Shown: piece after piece, positions 9,801 through 20,062 of the stretch
Numbering within the stretch: position 1 is the first letter of the stretch
Layout: every line of letters begins with the position of its first letter
DNA from: Chthoniobacteraceae bacterium
Lineage (GTDB): Bacteria > Verrucomicrobiota > Verrucomicrobiia > Chthoniobacterales > Chthoniobacteraceae
Direction of reading: 5' to 3'
DNA length: 64,000 nt
NCBI GenBank assembly: GCA_031409335.1
Contig: JANNWY010000002.1
Coordinates: forward strand, 24,433 to 88,432
Position numbers and translations under genes: made by a program
The notes under the pieces: model-generated
What the model was told of the DNA's origin: nothing
Seen by the model: the letters and a program-made list of their open reading frames with translations, nothing else
Databases searched by the model: none

Positions 9801-12483
9801 GTGGGATTATCGCAATCCCGCGCAGGTCGATCTCGTGCCGGACAAGACGGAATACCGCGTCGGCGAAAAGGCGCGCATCCTTGTAAAGACGCCGATCTCC
9901 GGCGAGGCGCAGGTGAACGTCGAGCGCGGCTCGCGCATCCTGCGCAGCCAGCGCGTGAAGCTGGAAGGCAACGCGCCGACCATCGAAATCCCGATCGAAG
10001 CGGGCGACGGGCCAAACGTTTTTGTGTCGCTCGTCATCATCCGCGGTACGGAGCAGAGCACGCGAAGAATCAAAGCGCCGGATTACCGCTACGGACTTTG
10101 CCAGCTCCACATCGGCGATCCCGCGACCGTCCTGAAAGTCGAGGTGACTCCGAAAACGGAAACCGTGCAGCCCGGCGAAGAAGTCGTGACCGAAGTACGC
10201 GTGCGCACTGGAAATGGTGCCGCCGTCGCGGATGCGGAAGTCGCCTTCTTCGCGGTGGACGATGGCGTCCTCGCGATCACCGGCTACGATCGTCCCGACC
10301 CGCATCCGATCTTCCACGCGCCGATCTTCCTCGCGATTCGAACCGGACTTTCGCTCTACGAATTGCTTCCCGAAGATCCCGCCGACCTTGAGTTTTCCAA
10401 CAAAGGTTACCTCATCGGCGGCGGCGGCAGCGAAGGTCCGGGCGCAAAATTGCGCAGCGATTTCCCCGGCACAGCCGTGTGGCTTCCGACGTTGCGCACC
10501 GACGGCGAGGGCCGGGTGACCGTGCGCTTCAAGGCACCGGACGCGCTCACGCGCTACCGGCTCGTCGCGGTCGCGCACGCGGGTGCGGACCAGTTTGGCT
10601 CGGGCGAATCCGCGTTCACGATTCGCAAAAAACTCATGATCCTTTCCGCGCTCGGGCAGATCGCGAATGTCGGGGACGAAATCATTGCGCGCGCGGTCTT
10701 GCGCAACGAAAGCGGCACGAATGGCTCCGCCGCGATCGCACTCGAACTCGACGCCACCGCCGAAGCGGCGAACGGCGCGCTCACCGCGAAATTCGATTTG
10801 AAAAGCGGTGAATCGCGCACCGTCGATTTTCCCGTGAAACTGCGCGCCGTCGGCGATGCCGGCTGGAAATGGACCGCGCATCTCGAAGGCGGCGGCCAGA
10901 CTTTCGACGACGCGGTAGCCGCTCCGCTGAAAGTCGGGCATCCCTCGCCAATCCTGCGTGAGACTTATCTTGCCGACCTCGCGGGCGCATCGTCGGATCT
11001 ACTCGCGGGCGTGAATCCGCAAGTGCTCGAAGGCGACGGCGCGGTCCGCGTCACGCTCTCGAACACGCGCCTCGCATCGCTCCGCGAAACCGCGAGCGCG
11101 CTGCTCGAATATCCGTATGGCTGCGCCGAGCAGACCATTTCTTCGATGATCCCGTGGATCACTTTCAACGAACTCGGCCCGGTGATGCCGGACCTCGCGA
11201 AGACCAAAGAGGATACGCAACAGGCGATCCGCGCTGGCGTGGAAAAAATCTTCGCGCTGCAAACCGACTCTGGTGGGCTCGCTTACTGGCCGGGCGGGTA
11301 TCGCGCCGGCTTTTTCCAAAGCGCCTACGCCGCGCTCGCGCTCGGGCTGCTCGAAAAGCAGGGTGAAACACTGCCGCCCGGCTGGCCAAAGTTGCTTGCG
11401 TATTTGAGCGAGGAACTGCGTGGGATCGGCGATCGCAATGCGCGCTTCAATCCCGGCGACGCGGCGCTCGCCGTGTATGCGCTCGCGACCGCGGGCAAGG
11501 CGGAGCCCGCGTATCACGAGCAACTTTACGCGCGGCGCGCCGAGCTATCGCTCGAGTCCCGCGCGCTGCTCGCGGCGGCGATTATGGAAGCGGGCGGTCC
11601 GGCGAAAATGATCGGCACTTTGCTCGATCCGCGTGTCGCGGCGGTGGAGAATTTTTCGTGGTTCGGCGGAGCCAGCCGCGAGCGCGCCACGCGACTGCTG
11701 GCGTGGACGCGCTTCAAACCCGGCGACCGCGAAGTGGGCCGGCTCGTGAAGGAATTGCTCGCCGCGCGCGTGAACGGCAAGTGGCGCACGACGCAGGAAA
11801 ACGCGTGGGCCATGCTCGCGCTGTCGCGCTATTTCACCGCAGTCGAGGGTGGAGTGAAACCGGTCGATGGCTCGCTCGTGAAAGCGGGAATCGAAGCGCC
11901 GTTCGCGCTGACGACGAAAGATCTCACGAAGACCGTGAAGTTTGCCTACGACGCCGCGCGTCCGCTTGGCGAACTTGCGGTGAAGAACCCGCAAAAAGGC
12001 GCGCTTTATGGAGAAGCGAATTTTGTCGCGCGCCCGCCCGTCGCCGCGCAGCCGCGACAGGATCGCGGCTACGCCGTTTCGCGCAGCTACCAAAAAATCG
12101 CGGGTGACGGCACGCTTCAGCCTGCGACCGATTTGCAAGTCGGCGACCGCGTGCTCGTGACGCTGCGGCTCGAGACACCGCAGCCCGGCCACTTCGTCGC
12201 GATCGATGATCCCCTGCCCGCGATTCTCGAAGCGATCAATCCTGAGTTCCGCACGCAAGGCGGCGACGGTGGAGAAGAATTCACCCGGGCCGACTACCGC
12301 GAAATCCGCGCGGATCGCGTCCTGTATTTTTGCGATCACCTGCCCGCTGGCGCGTTCACATTCCGCTACCTGGCGCGAGTCCGTAGCGCCGGAACCGTGA
12401 CCGCGCCTTCCACGAAAGTGGAAGAAATGTACCGCCCCGAACGCTTCGGCCTCGGTGCCAGTGCGAAGATCGAGAGTAAGTAG
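6835..12483 (+). CDS. Bacterial alpha-2-macroglobulin (YfhM-like)
   Basis: AAGGAG RBS before ATG 6835; FTDRPLYRPGE (MG2), thioester YPYGCAEQ, TQENAWA, EMYRPE C-terminus; pbpC nearby. Confidence 0.92.
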   Translation: MKTVRLFRPWFLVCLSLLLSSRSWAAPEVELMFDGDQIAPSTTLEFRFARDMIAKDELGVPAKQSPVIFQPALAGNFTWLSRRSGVFVPSETPPMGTTFSVVMQPGLKDSSGKPIGAKWRETLKTPPFAITTTDTNIGEDSPAPPLPAVKIAFNRDVKLDGADKLIRFVDDAGKTIAAAVRHAVPADYFRITAEQDDWDRRWQLARDPAKAATDADSDEEDEDGNPRDATPQRNRFIATPVSPLLPGGVWRIEVKAGIAALNGDHRINGSSVIPLGRVLPFALKSLVTSSYLNTGRSVAISFTHDLAPDIDEESAAKFFKIAPEVKNLRFEPASDQITLRGDFARGVEYRVDFEPALIADSGLPLSGERSRALTFDPVKPRIYLPAITGHQSANGMRNFLAQSVNLKSLRIIARAVPPEKTAQAVAAFEKYAKEYIDNDPEPDERYRAIPADLIEGKVIADRVIPLADPQLDAKQETTLDWTETLGAKTAGAIHLTVEGEPLETIGGRKPAAQSLVQVTDLGVLWKKLADRVAVSVFSMATGQPVAAARVAMLDKTFAGTAMAITDADGAALVDFGTDPAWLLVSRGADHFALKMGDYSKELPMSAFRLPVSYDGWEKADNATPESRAILFTDRPLYRPGETVRIKGIVRSFGEKGLASPTVQPGTLTLFPPHGGGETKLEIRLDERGAFDAQMPLASSETGRYGLRLSFPGADRYSRYSGFQVADFQPNAFELDVKLPDRFAPDAEVAAEVSGRYFFGSNLGKSKVRWTLQYAPTTTSPEGFGAFTFGAEMDERKTLTLTGEGALSDAGTLTIHPKLPAISERAYRGVFTIDVTDVNQQTVTETRPFTRNAADFYVGLESPMESVVGQKQDIVARAVAVKPDGQPVAEPVAVKTQLVSIRYETVRAQGAGNAVTFHTNKIEKIIATAEGKTLVPVRDGTDWKLPPGESARFNPGKAGAYLLRTTARDAKGRETVASFNFNVAGNEAITWDYRNPAQVDLVPDKTEYRVGEKARILVKTPISGEAQVNVERGSRILRSQRVKLEGNAPTIEIPIEAGDGPNVFVSLVIIRGTEQSTRRIKAPDYRYGLCQLHIGDPATVLKVEVTPKTETVQPGEEVVTEVRVRTGNGAAVADAEVAFFAVDDGVLAITGYDRPDPHPIFHAPIFLAIRTGLSLYELLPEDPADLEFSNKGYLIGGGGSEGPGAKLRSDFPGTAVWLPTLRTDGEGRVTVRFKAPDALTRYRLVAVAHAGADQFGSGESAFTIRKKLMILSALGQIANVGDEIIARAVLRNESGTNGSAAIALELDATAEAANGALTAKFDLKSGESRTVDFPVKLRAVGDAGWKWTAHLEGGGQTFDDAVAAPLKVGHPSPILRETYLADLAGASSDLLAGVNPQVLEGDGAVRVTLSNTRLASLRETASALLEYPYGCAEQTISSMIPWITFNELGPVMPDLAKTKEDTQQAIRAGVEKIFALQTDSGGLAYWPGGYRAGFFQSAYAALALGLLEKQGETLPPGWPKLLAYLSEELRGIGDRNARFNPGDAALAVYALATAGKAEPAYHEQLYARRAELSLESRALLAAAIMEAGGPAKMIGTLLDPRVAAVENFSWFGGASRERATRLLAWTRFKPGDREVGRLVKELLAARVNGKWRTTQENAWAMLALSRYFTAVEGGVKPVDGSLVKAGIEAPFALTTKDLTKTVKFAYDAARPLGELAVKNPQKGALYGEANFVARPPVAAQPRQDRGYAVSRSYQKIAGDGTLQPATDLQVGDRVLVTLRLETPQPGHFVAIDDPLPAILEAINPEFRTQGGDGGEEFTRADYREIRADRVLYFCDHLPAGAFTFRYLARVRSAGTVTAPSTKVEEMYRPERFGLGASAKIESK

Positions 12484-12518
12484 GACAATCGTCGAGGACG
12501 CGATCATCCCCGAGCGTT

Positions 12519-13781
12519 TCAGCCCGGCGCGAGCCCGGCGCATCGAAATCCAAGGCACCGTCCGCGCGCGTGTGAAGGGCGACCCCGCCGGTAGGATGAC
12601 GCAGCGAGTTCCGCGGGGCCGATCCAGCTTCCGCCACGCTTGGCGCGAATGTCTGGGGATGGCAGTGGGATGGAATCGGGGCGGGCGCAAGCGTTGGCGC
12701 TGTATGAATCGGCGCACCAGTTCCAGACGTTGCCAGCCATGTGGAGCAGTCCGAATGGGGAGACGCCGAGCGTTGCGTGAACGTCCGCCAGCGGGAGCAG
12801 CCCGTCGTAGCGGGCGCGGGCGGTGTGCCGCGCGACGAGCGCGTGCGCGGAAGTGCAGGGTTCATTTCCCCACGGAAATTTCCGCCAGAGCGCGCCGCGC
12901 GCCGCGTATTCCCACTGCGCTTCGGTGGGCAAAAAACTGACATCCCCGTTTGCGAAATCGCCGCGCCAGTCCCCGCCGTTCGCCCACAGCGCATATGCCT
13001 GTGCGCCAAACCACGAGACGAGCACCATCGGCTGATGTTGAGTGTCTGGCTTCGGCTCCCAACAACCGCGTTTCGACTGCAACTGAAAATGCCGCCCGCG
13101 GCGATCATCCGTAGCTACGCCGCACCACTCGGCGCGCACAACTTCGGTGGGTGCGGTCGAGTTCAAAAAACGGGCGAATGCCGAGACGGACACGGGCTCC
13201 GCGTCGATGAGGAAACTAGGCATCGCCACGCGATGCGTCGGCAACTGGTCGGGCAGCGCATCGGGTGCGGACGAACCGATTTCCACTTCAGCGGCGGGAA
13301 TGAGCACGCAGCGCATTCCGTCGGTGAGGCGGCGAAATTGCGCGAAGCCCTGCTCATTCGGCAGCATCGTTTCGTGCAACGATCCGGAGCAGTTGGGCGG
13401 TCCTTCGAGCGTCCCGCCGAGCTGGGTGAAAGGGATCGCGTGACGATTCGGCGGCGCTGGTTCGCGCGCACCCCACCAGCTCTTGCGCTCAGGGCGTCCG
13501 CTTCCCCAATGATGGGCGACGATCCGAGACAATTCGCGCAGCGTGACGGAGCCCGTGATGAAAGGTAGTCGGTGTGCGTCGTCGGGAATCGACACCGCAA
13601 ATTCCTCCTCGATCGCCATGATCAGTTCAACCAAGTCCAAACTGTCGATGTGGAGATCCTCGATCAGCCGGCTTTCCGGGCGAAGCCTCGCCAACGGCAA
13701 CCCCTGCTGCTCCACGACAATGTTGAAAAGCCGATGCTCAATTTCCCAAAGAGCCGGCGGATGGTTCCGCGAGGTGTTCAT
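12519..13781 (-). CDS. Acyl-carrier-protein domain fused to FGE/SUMF1-like domain
   Basis: N-terminal EDLHIDSLDLVELIMAIEEEF (ACP, Ser codon 13641-13643); C-terminal LPTEAQWEYAARG, FGLLHMAGNVWNW, RGGSW, GFRC. The upstream part of the 1272-aa track ORF is a shadow of pbpC. Confidence 0.8.
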   Translation of the reverse strand: MNTSRNHPPALWEIEHRLFNIVVEQQGLPLARLRPESRLIEDLHIDSLDLVELIMAIEEEFAVSIPDDAHRLPFITGSVTLRELSRIVAHHWGSGRPERKSWWGAREPAPPNRHAIPFTQLGGTLEGPPNCSGSLHETMLPNEQGFAQFRRLTDGMRCVLIPAAEVEIGSSAPDALPDQLPTHRVAMPSFLIDAEPVSVSAFARFLNSTAPTEVVRAEWCGVATDDRRGRHFQLQSKRGCWEPKPDTQHQPMVLVSWFGAQAYALWANGGDWRGDFANGDVSFLPTEAQWEYAARGALWRKFPWGNEPCTSAHALVARHTARARYDGLLPLADVHATLGVSPFGLLHMAGNVWNWCADSYSANACARPDSIPLPSPDIRAKRGGSWIGPAELAASSYRRGRPSHARGRCLGFRCAGLAPG

Positions 13782-13836
13782 CTTGCTAAAGAGCATCGGC
13801 AATTTGCCCATGTCGATCAATTGCGCGTGGCGGTGT

Positions 13837-14001
13837 CCGGGGAGCGCGCGCGTCTCGCGTGCTGGTTTTGGCGTCCCGCCGAAACGAACTTTCCTTGCCG
13901 CGTCGCGATGGAACTCGTGAACCATCTCGCAAACGATGCGCGAAGAAAGTCCGTCTCCGCGAGACGCGGAGACCAGCACGCGGGACGCGCGCGCTCCCCG
14001 G
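13837..14001. repeat. REPIN-like inverted repeat
   Basis: CCGGGGAGCGCGCGCGTCTCGCGTGCTGGT ... ACCAGCACGCGGGACGCGCGCGCTCCCCGG. Confidence 0.8.
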
Positions 14002-14066
14002 AATTCGTCTGCCCGCCCAAATGAATGGCCGCAATTTGTGAAACTTTCGTTCACGTTCGCCGCGAA

Positions 14067-16295
14067 ATGAATACGCGCCTTCGCAGATTCTGCCGCAGGA
14101 CCGTCATCGCGCTTTTCCTCGCCGCGCTGGCAATCGTCATCGGGCAGTGGCTCACGCCGTTTCCGGCGGCGCTGGAAAGTGAGCCGCCGGCAAGCACCGC
14201 GTTTCTCGACCGCCACGGGAAACCTTTGCGCACGCTGCTCGCGGAGGAGCAGCGGTTCGCGCGGCGGTGTTCCCTCCGGGACGTTTCGACGAACGTCATC
14301 GCCGCGACGCTTAGCGCGGAGGACAAACGGTTTCGTTCGCATTTCGGCGTGGATTTCCTGGCAATGGCGCGGGCGATTCGCGGCGGCGGGCGTTCGGGCG
14401 CTTCGACGATTTCGCAGCAAATCGTGAAGCTCGCGGAGCCGGGACCGCGCACGCTTTCCCGGAAGCTCGCGGAGATGTGGCTGGCGCTCCGAGTGGAGCG
14501 GAGCTGGGGGAAGGATCGCATCTTGGCCGAGTATCTGAACCGGCTCGACTACGGGAATCTCCAGGTCGGGATCGCGTCGGCGAGCCGTTACTATTTCGAC
14601 AAGCCGCCGTCGGACTTGAGTGCCGCCGAGGCGGCGTTCCTCGCGGCGCTGCCAAAAGCGCCGACGCGGCTGAATCCGCACGCCAACTTCAGCGGAGCGC
14701 AGGAACGGCAGCGGTGGATTTTGCAGCGCATGAATTTGGACGGGAAACTCGATGCGGCGGCGCTGGCGCGCGCGGTGGATGAGCCGATTCGGCTGCGTTC
14801 GCGGGAGCGGGATTTTGAAGCGCCGCATTTCGTCGATCTGCTGCTGATGCGACGTGGGATATTGCGGCCCGAAGGCGGCGAAATCCGCACGACGCTCGAT
14901 CTCGATCTGAACCGATTCGCCGAACGCGCGCTGACGGAAAATGTGCGGCGCATCGCGGACAAAAATGTGAGTGGCGGCGCGGCGGTGGTGATCGACAACG
15001 CGACCGGCGACGTGCTCGCGCTCGCGGGTGCGGGCGACTATTTCGAGGCGGGCGCGGGACAGGTGAACGGCGCGTGGATGATCCGCTCGCCCGGCTCGGC
15101 TATGAAACCTTTCACCTATCTCCTCGCGATCGAAGCGGGCGCCAATCCCTGCACCATCGTCGCGGACGTGCCCACGGATTTCGCGACGCCTAACGGCATC
15201 TACCGGCCGAACAATTACAACCATCGTTTTTACGGCCCCGTGAGTCTGCGCTTCGCGCTCGGCAATTCGCTGAACGTCGCCGCGATCCGCGCGCTCGAAC
15301 TCGCGGGCGGGCCGGAAGTCCTCCAGCGCGCGATGCGCAACGTTGGCATCACCACGCTCGATCACCCCGCAGACTACTACGGCCTCGGCCTCACACTCGG
15401 GAATGGCGAGGTGCGCCTGCTCGAACTCGCGAACGCTTTTGCCACCCTCGGACGGCTCGGCGTGCATCGCCCGTATCGCTTGCTGCGCGAGCACGGCGTT
15501 GTCCTGCCGGCGCGCCGCATTTTCGATAAAGGCGCGAGTTTTCTCGTGGCGGATATGCTCGCAGACAATTCGGCGCGCGCGGCTTCGTTCGGGCTGAATT
15601 CGTATCTCGCGTTCGACTTTCCCGTCGCGTGCAAAACCGGCACGAGTTCCGACTATCGCGACAATTGGACGGTCGGCTACACGCCGGAATTCACCGTCGC
15701 CGTTTGGGTCGGGAATCCTGACGGAAAGCCAATGCAGGGCATCACCGGCGTGACCGGCGCGGCTCCCGTGATGCACGAGATTTTCACGCATCTGCGCGCG
15801 CGTTTTGGGACGACGTGGTTCGAACCGCCCGCGCGTATTTCCACGCACACGATCGACCCGCTCACGGGACGCCTCGCCGCGCGCGACGGAGTTTTGGAGA
15901 AATGCCTGCACATTCCCGAACCCGCCCGCGCGGATGACTGCGACGAGCAGGGCCGCGTCCGTCTTCCCGCTATTTACGCCGGATGGCTCGCGAGTCCGCA
16001 GAACAGCCTCGGCGATCTCGTCGCGAGCGCGGAGTCCTCGCCGGAGATGCGCATCCTGCAACCCGCGGCGGGCAGCATTTACTATCTCGATGGCGACCTC
16101 GCGCCGGACAGTCAGTGCATCCCACTTCGCGCGGAGGCGCGGGGGAACGTCGAGTGGTCGTGCGATTCGCTGCCGCTCGCGACCACCGACGCCGGCCAGC
16201 GCGCGGAGATTCGCGAAGGCCGTCACACCATCCTCGCGCGGGAAATTTCCAGCGGGCGCAAAGTGACGACGTGGATCGAAGTGAAGCGGTGGTAG
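14067..16295 (+). CDS. pbpC: Penicillin-binding protein 1C
   Basis: Transglycosylase [12 protein letters not shown] and [11 protein letters not shown]; transpeptidase SAMK, SLN, KTGT; short C-terminal beta domain; linked to A2M. Confidence 0.9.
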   Translation: MNTRLRRFCRRTVIALFLAALAIVIGQWLTPFPAALESEPPASTAFLDRHGKPLRTLLAEEQRFARRCSLRDVSTNVIAATLSAEDKRFRSHFGVDFLAMARAIRGGGRSGASTISQQIVKLAEPGPRTLSRKLAEMWLALRVERSWGKDRILAEYLNRLDYGNLQVGIASASRYYFDKPPSDLSAAEAAFLAALPKAPTRLNPHANFSGAQERQRWILQRMNLDGKLDAAALARAVDEPIRLRSRERDFEAPHFVDLLLMRRGILRPEGGEIRTTLDLDLNRFAERALTENVRRIADKNVSGGAAVVIDNATGDVLALAGAGDYFEAGAGQVNGAWMIRSPGSAMKPFTYLLAIEAGANPCTIVADVPTDFATPNGIYRPNNYNHRFYGPVSLRFALGNSLNVAAIRALELAGGPEVLQRAMRNVGITTLDHPADYYGLGLTLGNGEVRLLELANAFATLGRLGVHRPYRLLREHGVVLPARRIFDKGASFLVADMLADNSARAASFGLNSYLAFDFPVACKTGTSSDYRDNWTVGYTPEFTVAVWVGNPDGKPMQGITGVTGAAPVMHEIFTHLRARFGTTWFEPPARISTHTIDPLTGRLAARDGVLEKCLHIPEPARADDCDEQGRVRLPAIYAGWLASPQNSLGDLVASAESSPEMRILQPAAGSIYYLDGDLAPDSQCIPLRAEARGNVEWSCDSLPLATTDAGQRAEIREGRHTILAREISSGRKVTTWIEVKRW

Positions 16296-16342
16296 TCCGC
16301 GGTGTTGCCGCCGCCAAACTTCTCCGCTTAGTCTCACCGCCC

Positions 16343-17605
16343 ATGTCGAAATCCACCGACTCTGCCTACAAACTTGCCCGCGAACGCTACGCCAAACTCG
16401 GCGTCGATGCCGACGCTGCGCTGAAGCAACTCAACCGCATCGCCATCTCGCTACACTGCTGGCAGGGCGACGATGTGGGCGGTTTTGAAACGGGAAGCGG
16501 CGCGCTCGGCGGCGGGCTGGCCGTGACGGGAAATCATCCGGGCAAAGCGCGCACGCCGGATGAATTGCGCGCGGACATCGACAAGGCGCTGTCGCTCATT
16601 CCCGGAAAACACCGGCTGAATCTGCACGCTTTCTACGGGGAGTTTGGCGGGAAAAAAGTGGACCGCGACCAAATCGAACCCGCACATTTCAAGGGGTGGA
16701 TCGCTTGGGCAAAACGGAACGGGCTCGGCCTCGATTTTAACCCGACATGCTTCTCGCACCCGAAAGCAGCGGACGGTTTCACGCTGTCGCATCGCGACTC
16801 GGGCGTGCGGAATTTCTGGATCGAACACTGCCAGCGCAGCCGCGAGATCGGCGCGGCGATGGGCAAAGCGCTCGGCTCACCGACCGTGACGAACGTGTGG
16901 ATTCCCGACGGCTACAAAGACACGCCCGCCGACCGCAAAGCGCCACGCGAACGCCTCGCCAAATCGCTCGACGCCATCTTCAAAAAACCGCTGAACGCGA
17001 AGCACAATCTTGACGCGGTGGAGCCAAAGCTCTTCGGAATCGGGAGTGAAAGTTACGTCACCGGCTCGCACGAGTTTTACCTCGGCTACGCGATCACGCG
17101 GCAGAAATTGCTGTGCCTCGATGCCGGTCACTACCACCCGACGGAAGGCATCGCCGACAAGATTTGCAGCGTCCTGCAATACGTCCCGCGCCTGCTGCTG
17201 CACGTGAGCCGCGGCGTGCGCTGGGATAGCGATCACGTCGTCACCTTCACCGACGAACTCCAGGCCATCGCGCACGAGTTGGTCCGCGGCGATTTCCTCG
17301 ACCGCGTGCATCTCGGCCTCGACTACTTCGACGCGAGCATCAACCGCGTCGCCGCCTGGGTCATCGGCACGCGCAATTTCCAAAAGGCGCTGCTGCTCGC
17401 CCTGCTCGAACCGCGCAAACTCCTGCGCGACGCAGAAGCTGCCGGAGATTTTACGACGCGCCTCGCCTTGCAGGAAGAGGCGAAGTCGATGCCGTTCGGC
17501 GCAGTCTGGGATCGGTTCTGCGAAGAGAAAGGCACGCCCGCCGGCGCGGCGTGGCTCGCGGAAGTGAAGCGTTACGAGAGCAGCGTGCTTTCAAAACGCG
17601 GCTAA
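16343..17605 (+). CDS. rhaA: L-rhamnose isomerase
   Basis: [53 protein letters not shown]. Confidence 0.93.
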   Translation: MSKSTDSAYKLARERYAKLGVDADAALKQLNRIAISLHCWQGDDVGGFETGSGALGGGLAVTGNHPGKARTPDELRADIDKALSLIPGKHRLNLHAFYGEFGGKKVDRDQIEPAHFKGWIAWAKRNGLGLDFNPTCFSHPKAADGFTLSHRDSGVRNFWIEHCQRSREIGAAMGKALGSPTVTNVWIPDGYKDTPADRKAPRERLAKSLDAIFKKPLNAKHNLDAVEPKLFGIGSESYVTGSHEFYLGYAITRQKLLCLDAGHYHPTEGIADKICSVLQYVPRLLLHVSRGVRWDSDHVVTFTDELQAIAHELVRGDFLDRVHLGLDYFDASINRVAAWVIGTRNFQKALLLALLEPRKLLRDAEAAGDFTTRLALQEEAKSMPFGAVWDRFCEEKGTPAGAAWLAEVKRYESSVLSKRG

Positions 17606-17614
17606 CACGCCCGG

Positions 17615-19120
17615 ATGTCCGCTCCGCTGCTGCAACTTTCCGGAGTTCAAAAATCCTTCGGCGCAGTCCGTGCGTTGAAAGGCGTGTCGTTTGAATTGAT
17701 CGCTGGCGAAGTCCACGCATTGCTCGGCGAAAACGGCGCGGGGAAATCCACGCTCATCAAAGTCATCACCGGCGCGCATCAGCCGGACGGCGGCACGATC
17801 ACCGTCGCTGGCGAGGAAGTCTCGCAGCTCACTCCGTCGAAAGCGCGCGCCCTCGGCATCGCCTGTATCTATCAGCAACCGGCGCTCTTCCCCGATCTCT
17901 CCGTCGCGGAAAATATCGCGCTCCGTCTCGAAAAAACGTCCGCGTTTCATCGCATCCGCTGGAAGGAAAGCGCGACTCGCGCGAAGGAACTCCTCCACCG
18001 CATCGGCGCGGAAATCGACCCGGCGAAGGAAGTCCGCGAGCTTTCCATGCCCGAGCAGCAGCTCGTGGAAATCGCCTGCGCGCTCGGCTCCGGCGCGCGC
18101 ATCGTCATCATGGACGAGCCCACCGCTTCGCTCACTCAAAAGGAGCAGCATCTCCTTTTCGCCGTCGTCCGCGACCTCCGCGCGCAAGGCGTCGGCGTCA
18201 TCTACATTTCGCACCGGCTGGAGGAAATCTTCGCGCTCGCAGATCGCGTCACCGTCCTCCGCGATGGTGAAAGCGTTGGCACGAATGCGGTCGATCAACT
18301 CAACGAAGCGCAGATGATCAAGCTGATGGTCGGGCGTGAAGTTTCCTCGATTTATCCGCCTGCCGAAGGCGTGCCGGGCGAGATCGTCCTCGCTTTGAAA
18401 AACGTCGGCTGCACCGCGAGTGGCGTGCGCGGGGTGACGATCGAAGTGCGCGCCGGCGAGATCGTCGGCATGGCCGGACTCGTCGGAGCGGGCCGCACGG
18501 AACTCGCGCGCATCCTTTTCGGCATCACGCCCGCCGATGCTGGAGAAATCAGCCTTCGCGGCCAGCGCATCCGTATTTCCTCGCCCCAAAATGCCATCGC
18601 CCAAGGCATCGCCTACGTCCCCGAAGATCGCCGCCGACACGGCGTCATCTTGGAAATGCCGATCGCACAAAACATGACAATGGCCATCCATCCCGCGCTC
18701 TTTCCCGGAAGCTGGCTGCGCTTCAACACCGAGACCAAACTCGCACAGGATTTCATCCGCGACCTCGGCATCAAAGCCTACGGTCCCGAAGCGCCGGGCG
18801 GTTCGCTCAGCGGCGGAAATCAGCAAAAAGTCAGCGTCGCCCGCTGGCTCGCCACGAAGCCGAAACTGCTCATCCTCGACGAACCGACGCAAGGCGTGGA
18901 TGTCGGCGCAAAGGCGGAGATTCACAAGATCATCCGCGCCCTCGCGAAAGACGGGCTCGCCGTGCTGATGATTTCCAGCGACCTCCCCGAAATCCTCGGC
19001 ATGAGCGACCGCATCGCCGTGATGCGCGGCGGCGAACTCACCGCGATCCTCCCCGGTGGCAGCGACGCGCACACCGTCATGGCCGCCGCGCTCGGGCAAA
19101 GTGGAAAGGCGGCGGCGTGA
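17615..19120 (+). CDS. Sugar ABC transporter ATP-binding protein (RbsA/RhaT-like)
   Basis: GENGAGKST, two nucleotide-binding domains, LSGGNQQK, DEPTQGVDVG. Confidence 0.92.
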   Translation: MSAPLLQLSGVQKSFGAVRALKGVSFELIAGEVHALLGENGAGKSTLIKVITGAHQPDGGTITVAGEEVSQLTPSKARALGIACIYQQPALFPDLSVAENIALRLEKTSAFHRIRWKESATRAKELLHRIGAEIDPAKEVRELSMPEQQLVEIACALGSGARIVIMDEPTASLTQKEQHLLFAVVRDLRAQGVGVIYISHRLEEIFALADRVTVLRDGESVGTNAVDQLNEAQMIKLMVGREVSSIYPPAEGVPGEIVLALKNVGCTASGVRGVTIEVRAGEIVGMAGLVGAGRTELARILFGITPADAGEISLRGQRIRISSPQNAIAQGIAYVPEDRRRHGVILEMPIAQNMTMAIHPALFPGSWLRFNTETKLAQDFIRDLGIKAYGPEAPGGSLSGGNQQKVSVARWLATKPKLLILDEPTQGVDVGAKAEIHKIIRALAKDGLAVLMISSDLPEILGMSDRIAVMRGGELTAILPGGSDAHTVMAAALGQSGKAAA

Positions 19121-20043
19121 ACAAGTATTTCCGCGAACTCTCCGTCGCCTTTGCCCTCGCCCTGCTGGTTGGCGCGCTCGCCATTTTCGCCCCGCATTTT
19201 TTTGCCACGCAGCCGCTGCTCTCGCGCCTCACCGCGCAGACGCCCGCGCTCATCGCCGCGATCGGGATGACGCTCGTCATCGTCTCGCGGCAGATCGACA
19301 TTTCCATTGGCTCGCAGTTCGGCATGTGCGCGGTCATTGCCGGATTGCTCGCCGCGGCAAAGCTGCCGCTCGTTGTGGTGCTCGCCGTGGCGGTCGGCGC
19401 GGGCGCTCTCATGGGCGCGCTGAACGGCGCGCTCGTCGCCTGGCTCGGGCTGCCGAGCATCGTCGTGACACTCGCGACGATGGTGACGTGGCAGGAGGCG
19501 CTGCGGCTGTGGCAGCAGGGGCGGCTGCTCAATCTGCCGCCCGGCGTGCAGTGGTTCGGACTCAGCCAGCCCGCGGGCCAGAAAGTGCTCATCATCCTGG
19601 CCGTCCTCGCCGCCGCGCTCGCAGCGTGGCTGATGAAAAACATCGCCGCTGGCCGTCGCGTGTATGCCGTCGGCACCGACGCCGAGGCGGCGCGGCTCGC
19701 GGGCATCGATCCGCGGCGCACGACGTTTGGCGTGTTCGTGCTGATGGGCGCGCTCACCGGCCTTGCTGCGATGATGAACGTGGTGCAATCCCCGCAAATC
19801 CAGCCGACCTGCGGCGACGGACTCGAGATGAAAGTGATCGCCGCTTGCGTCGTCGGCGGCGTCGCGGTGAGCGGCGGCCGCGGCAGTTTGTGGGGCGTCT
19901 TCCCCGGACTGCTTCTGCTCGCGAACGTCAACCCCGCGCTGACGCATTTCCACGTGCAGGCGTATTGGGAAAAAGCGATCCAGGGTTTCGTCATCCTGCT
20001 CGCCGTCATGGCCGACGGACTGCGCAGCAGGAGGAACCGCTAA
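19117..20043 (+). CDS. Sugar ABC transporter permease
   Basis: QIDISIGS, AARLAGID, IAACVVGG; hydrophobic; overlaps the ATPase stop (GTGA). Confidence 0.9.
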   Translation: MNKYFRELSVAFALALLVGALAIFAPHFFATQPLLSRLTAQTPALIAAIGMTLVIVSRQIDISIGSQFGMCAVIAGLLAAAKLPLVVVLAVAVGAGALMGALNGALVAWLGLPSIVVTLATMVTWQEALRLWQQGRLLNLPPGVQWFGLSQPAGQKVLIILAVLAAALAAWLMKNIAAGRRVYAVGTDAEAARLAGIDPRRTTFGVFVLMGALTGLAAMMNVVQSPQIQPTCGDGLEMKVIAACVVGGVAVSGGRGSLWGVFPGLLLLANVNPALTHFHVQAYWEKAIQGFVILLAVMADGLRSRRNR

Positions 20044-20062
20044 CTTGAAAACCGCCCTACCA

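Noticed and set aside
8809..10941. 710-aa minus-strand ORF (likewise 38626-40761 and 17591-19099)
   Set aside because: Antisense shadows of well-supported genes.
12519..13400. FGE domain as the maturase for the nearby Cys-type sulfatase
   Set aside because: It lacks the catalytic Cys pair of formylglycine-generating enzymes.
13782..16337. N-terminal ~850 aa of the 1272-aa minus-strand ORF
   Set aside because: Antisense shadow of pbpC plus read-through of a REPIN; only the ACP-FGE part looks like real protein.
15983..16342. N-terminal extension of rhaA (similar extensions on A2M, Gfo and gmhB ORFs)
   Set aside because: Overlaps the neighbouring gene; family similarity starts at the downstream ATG.
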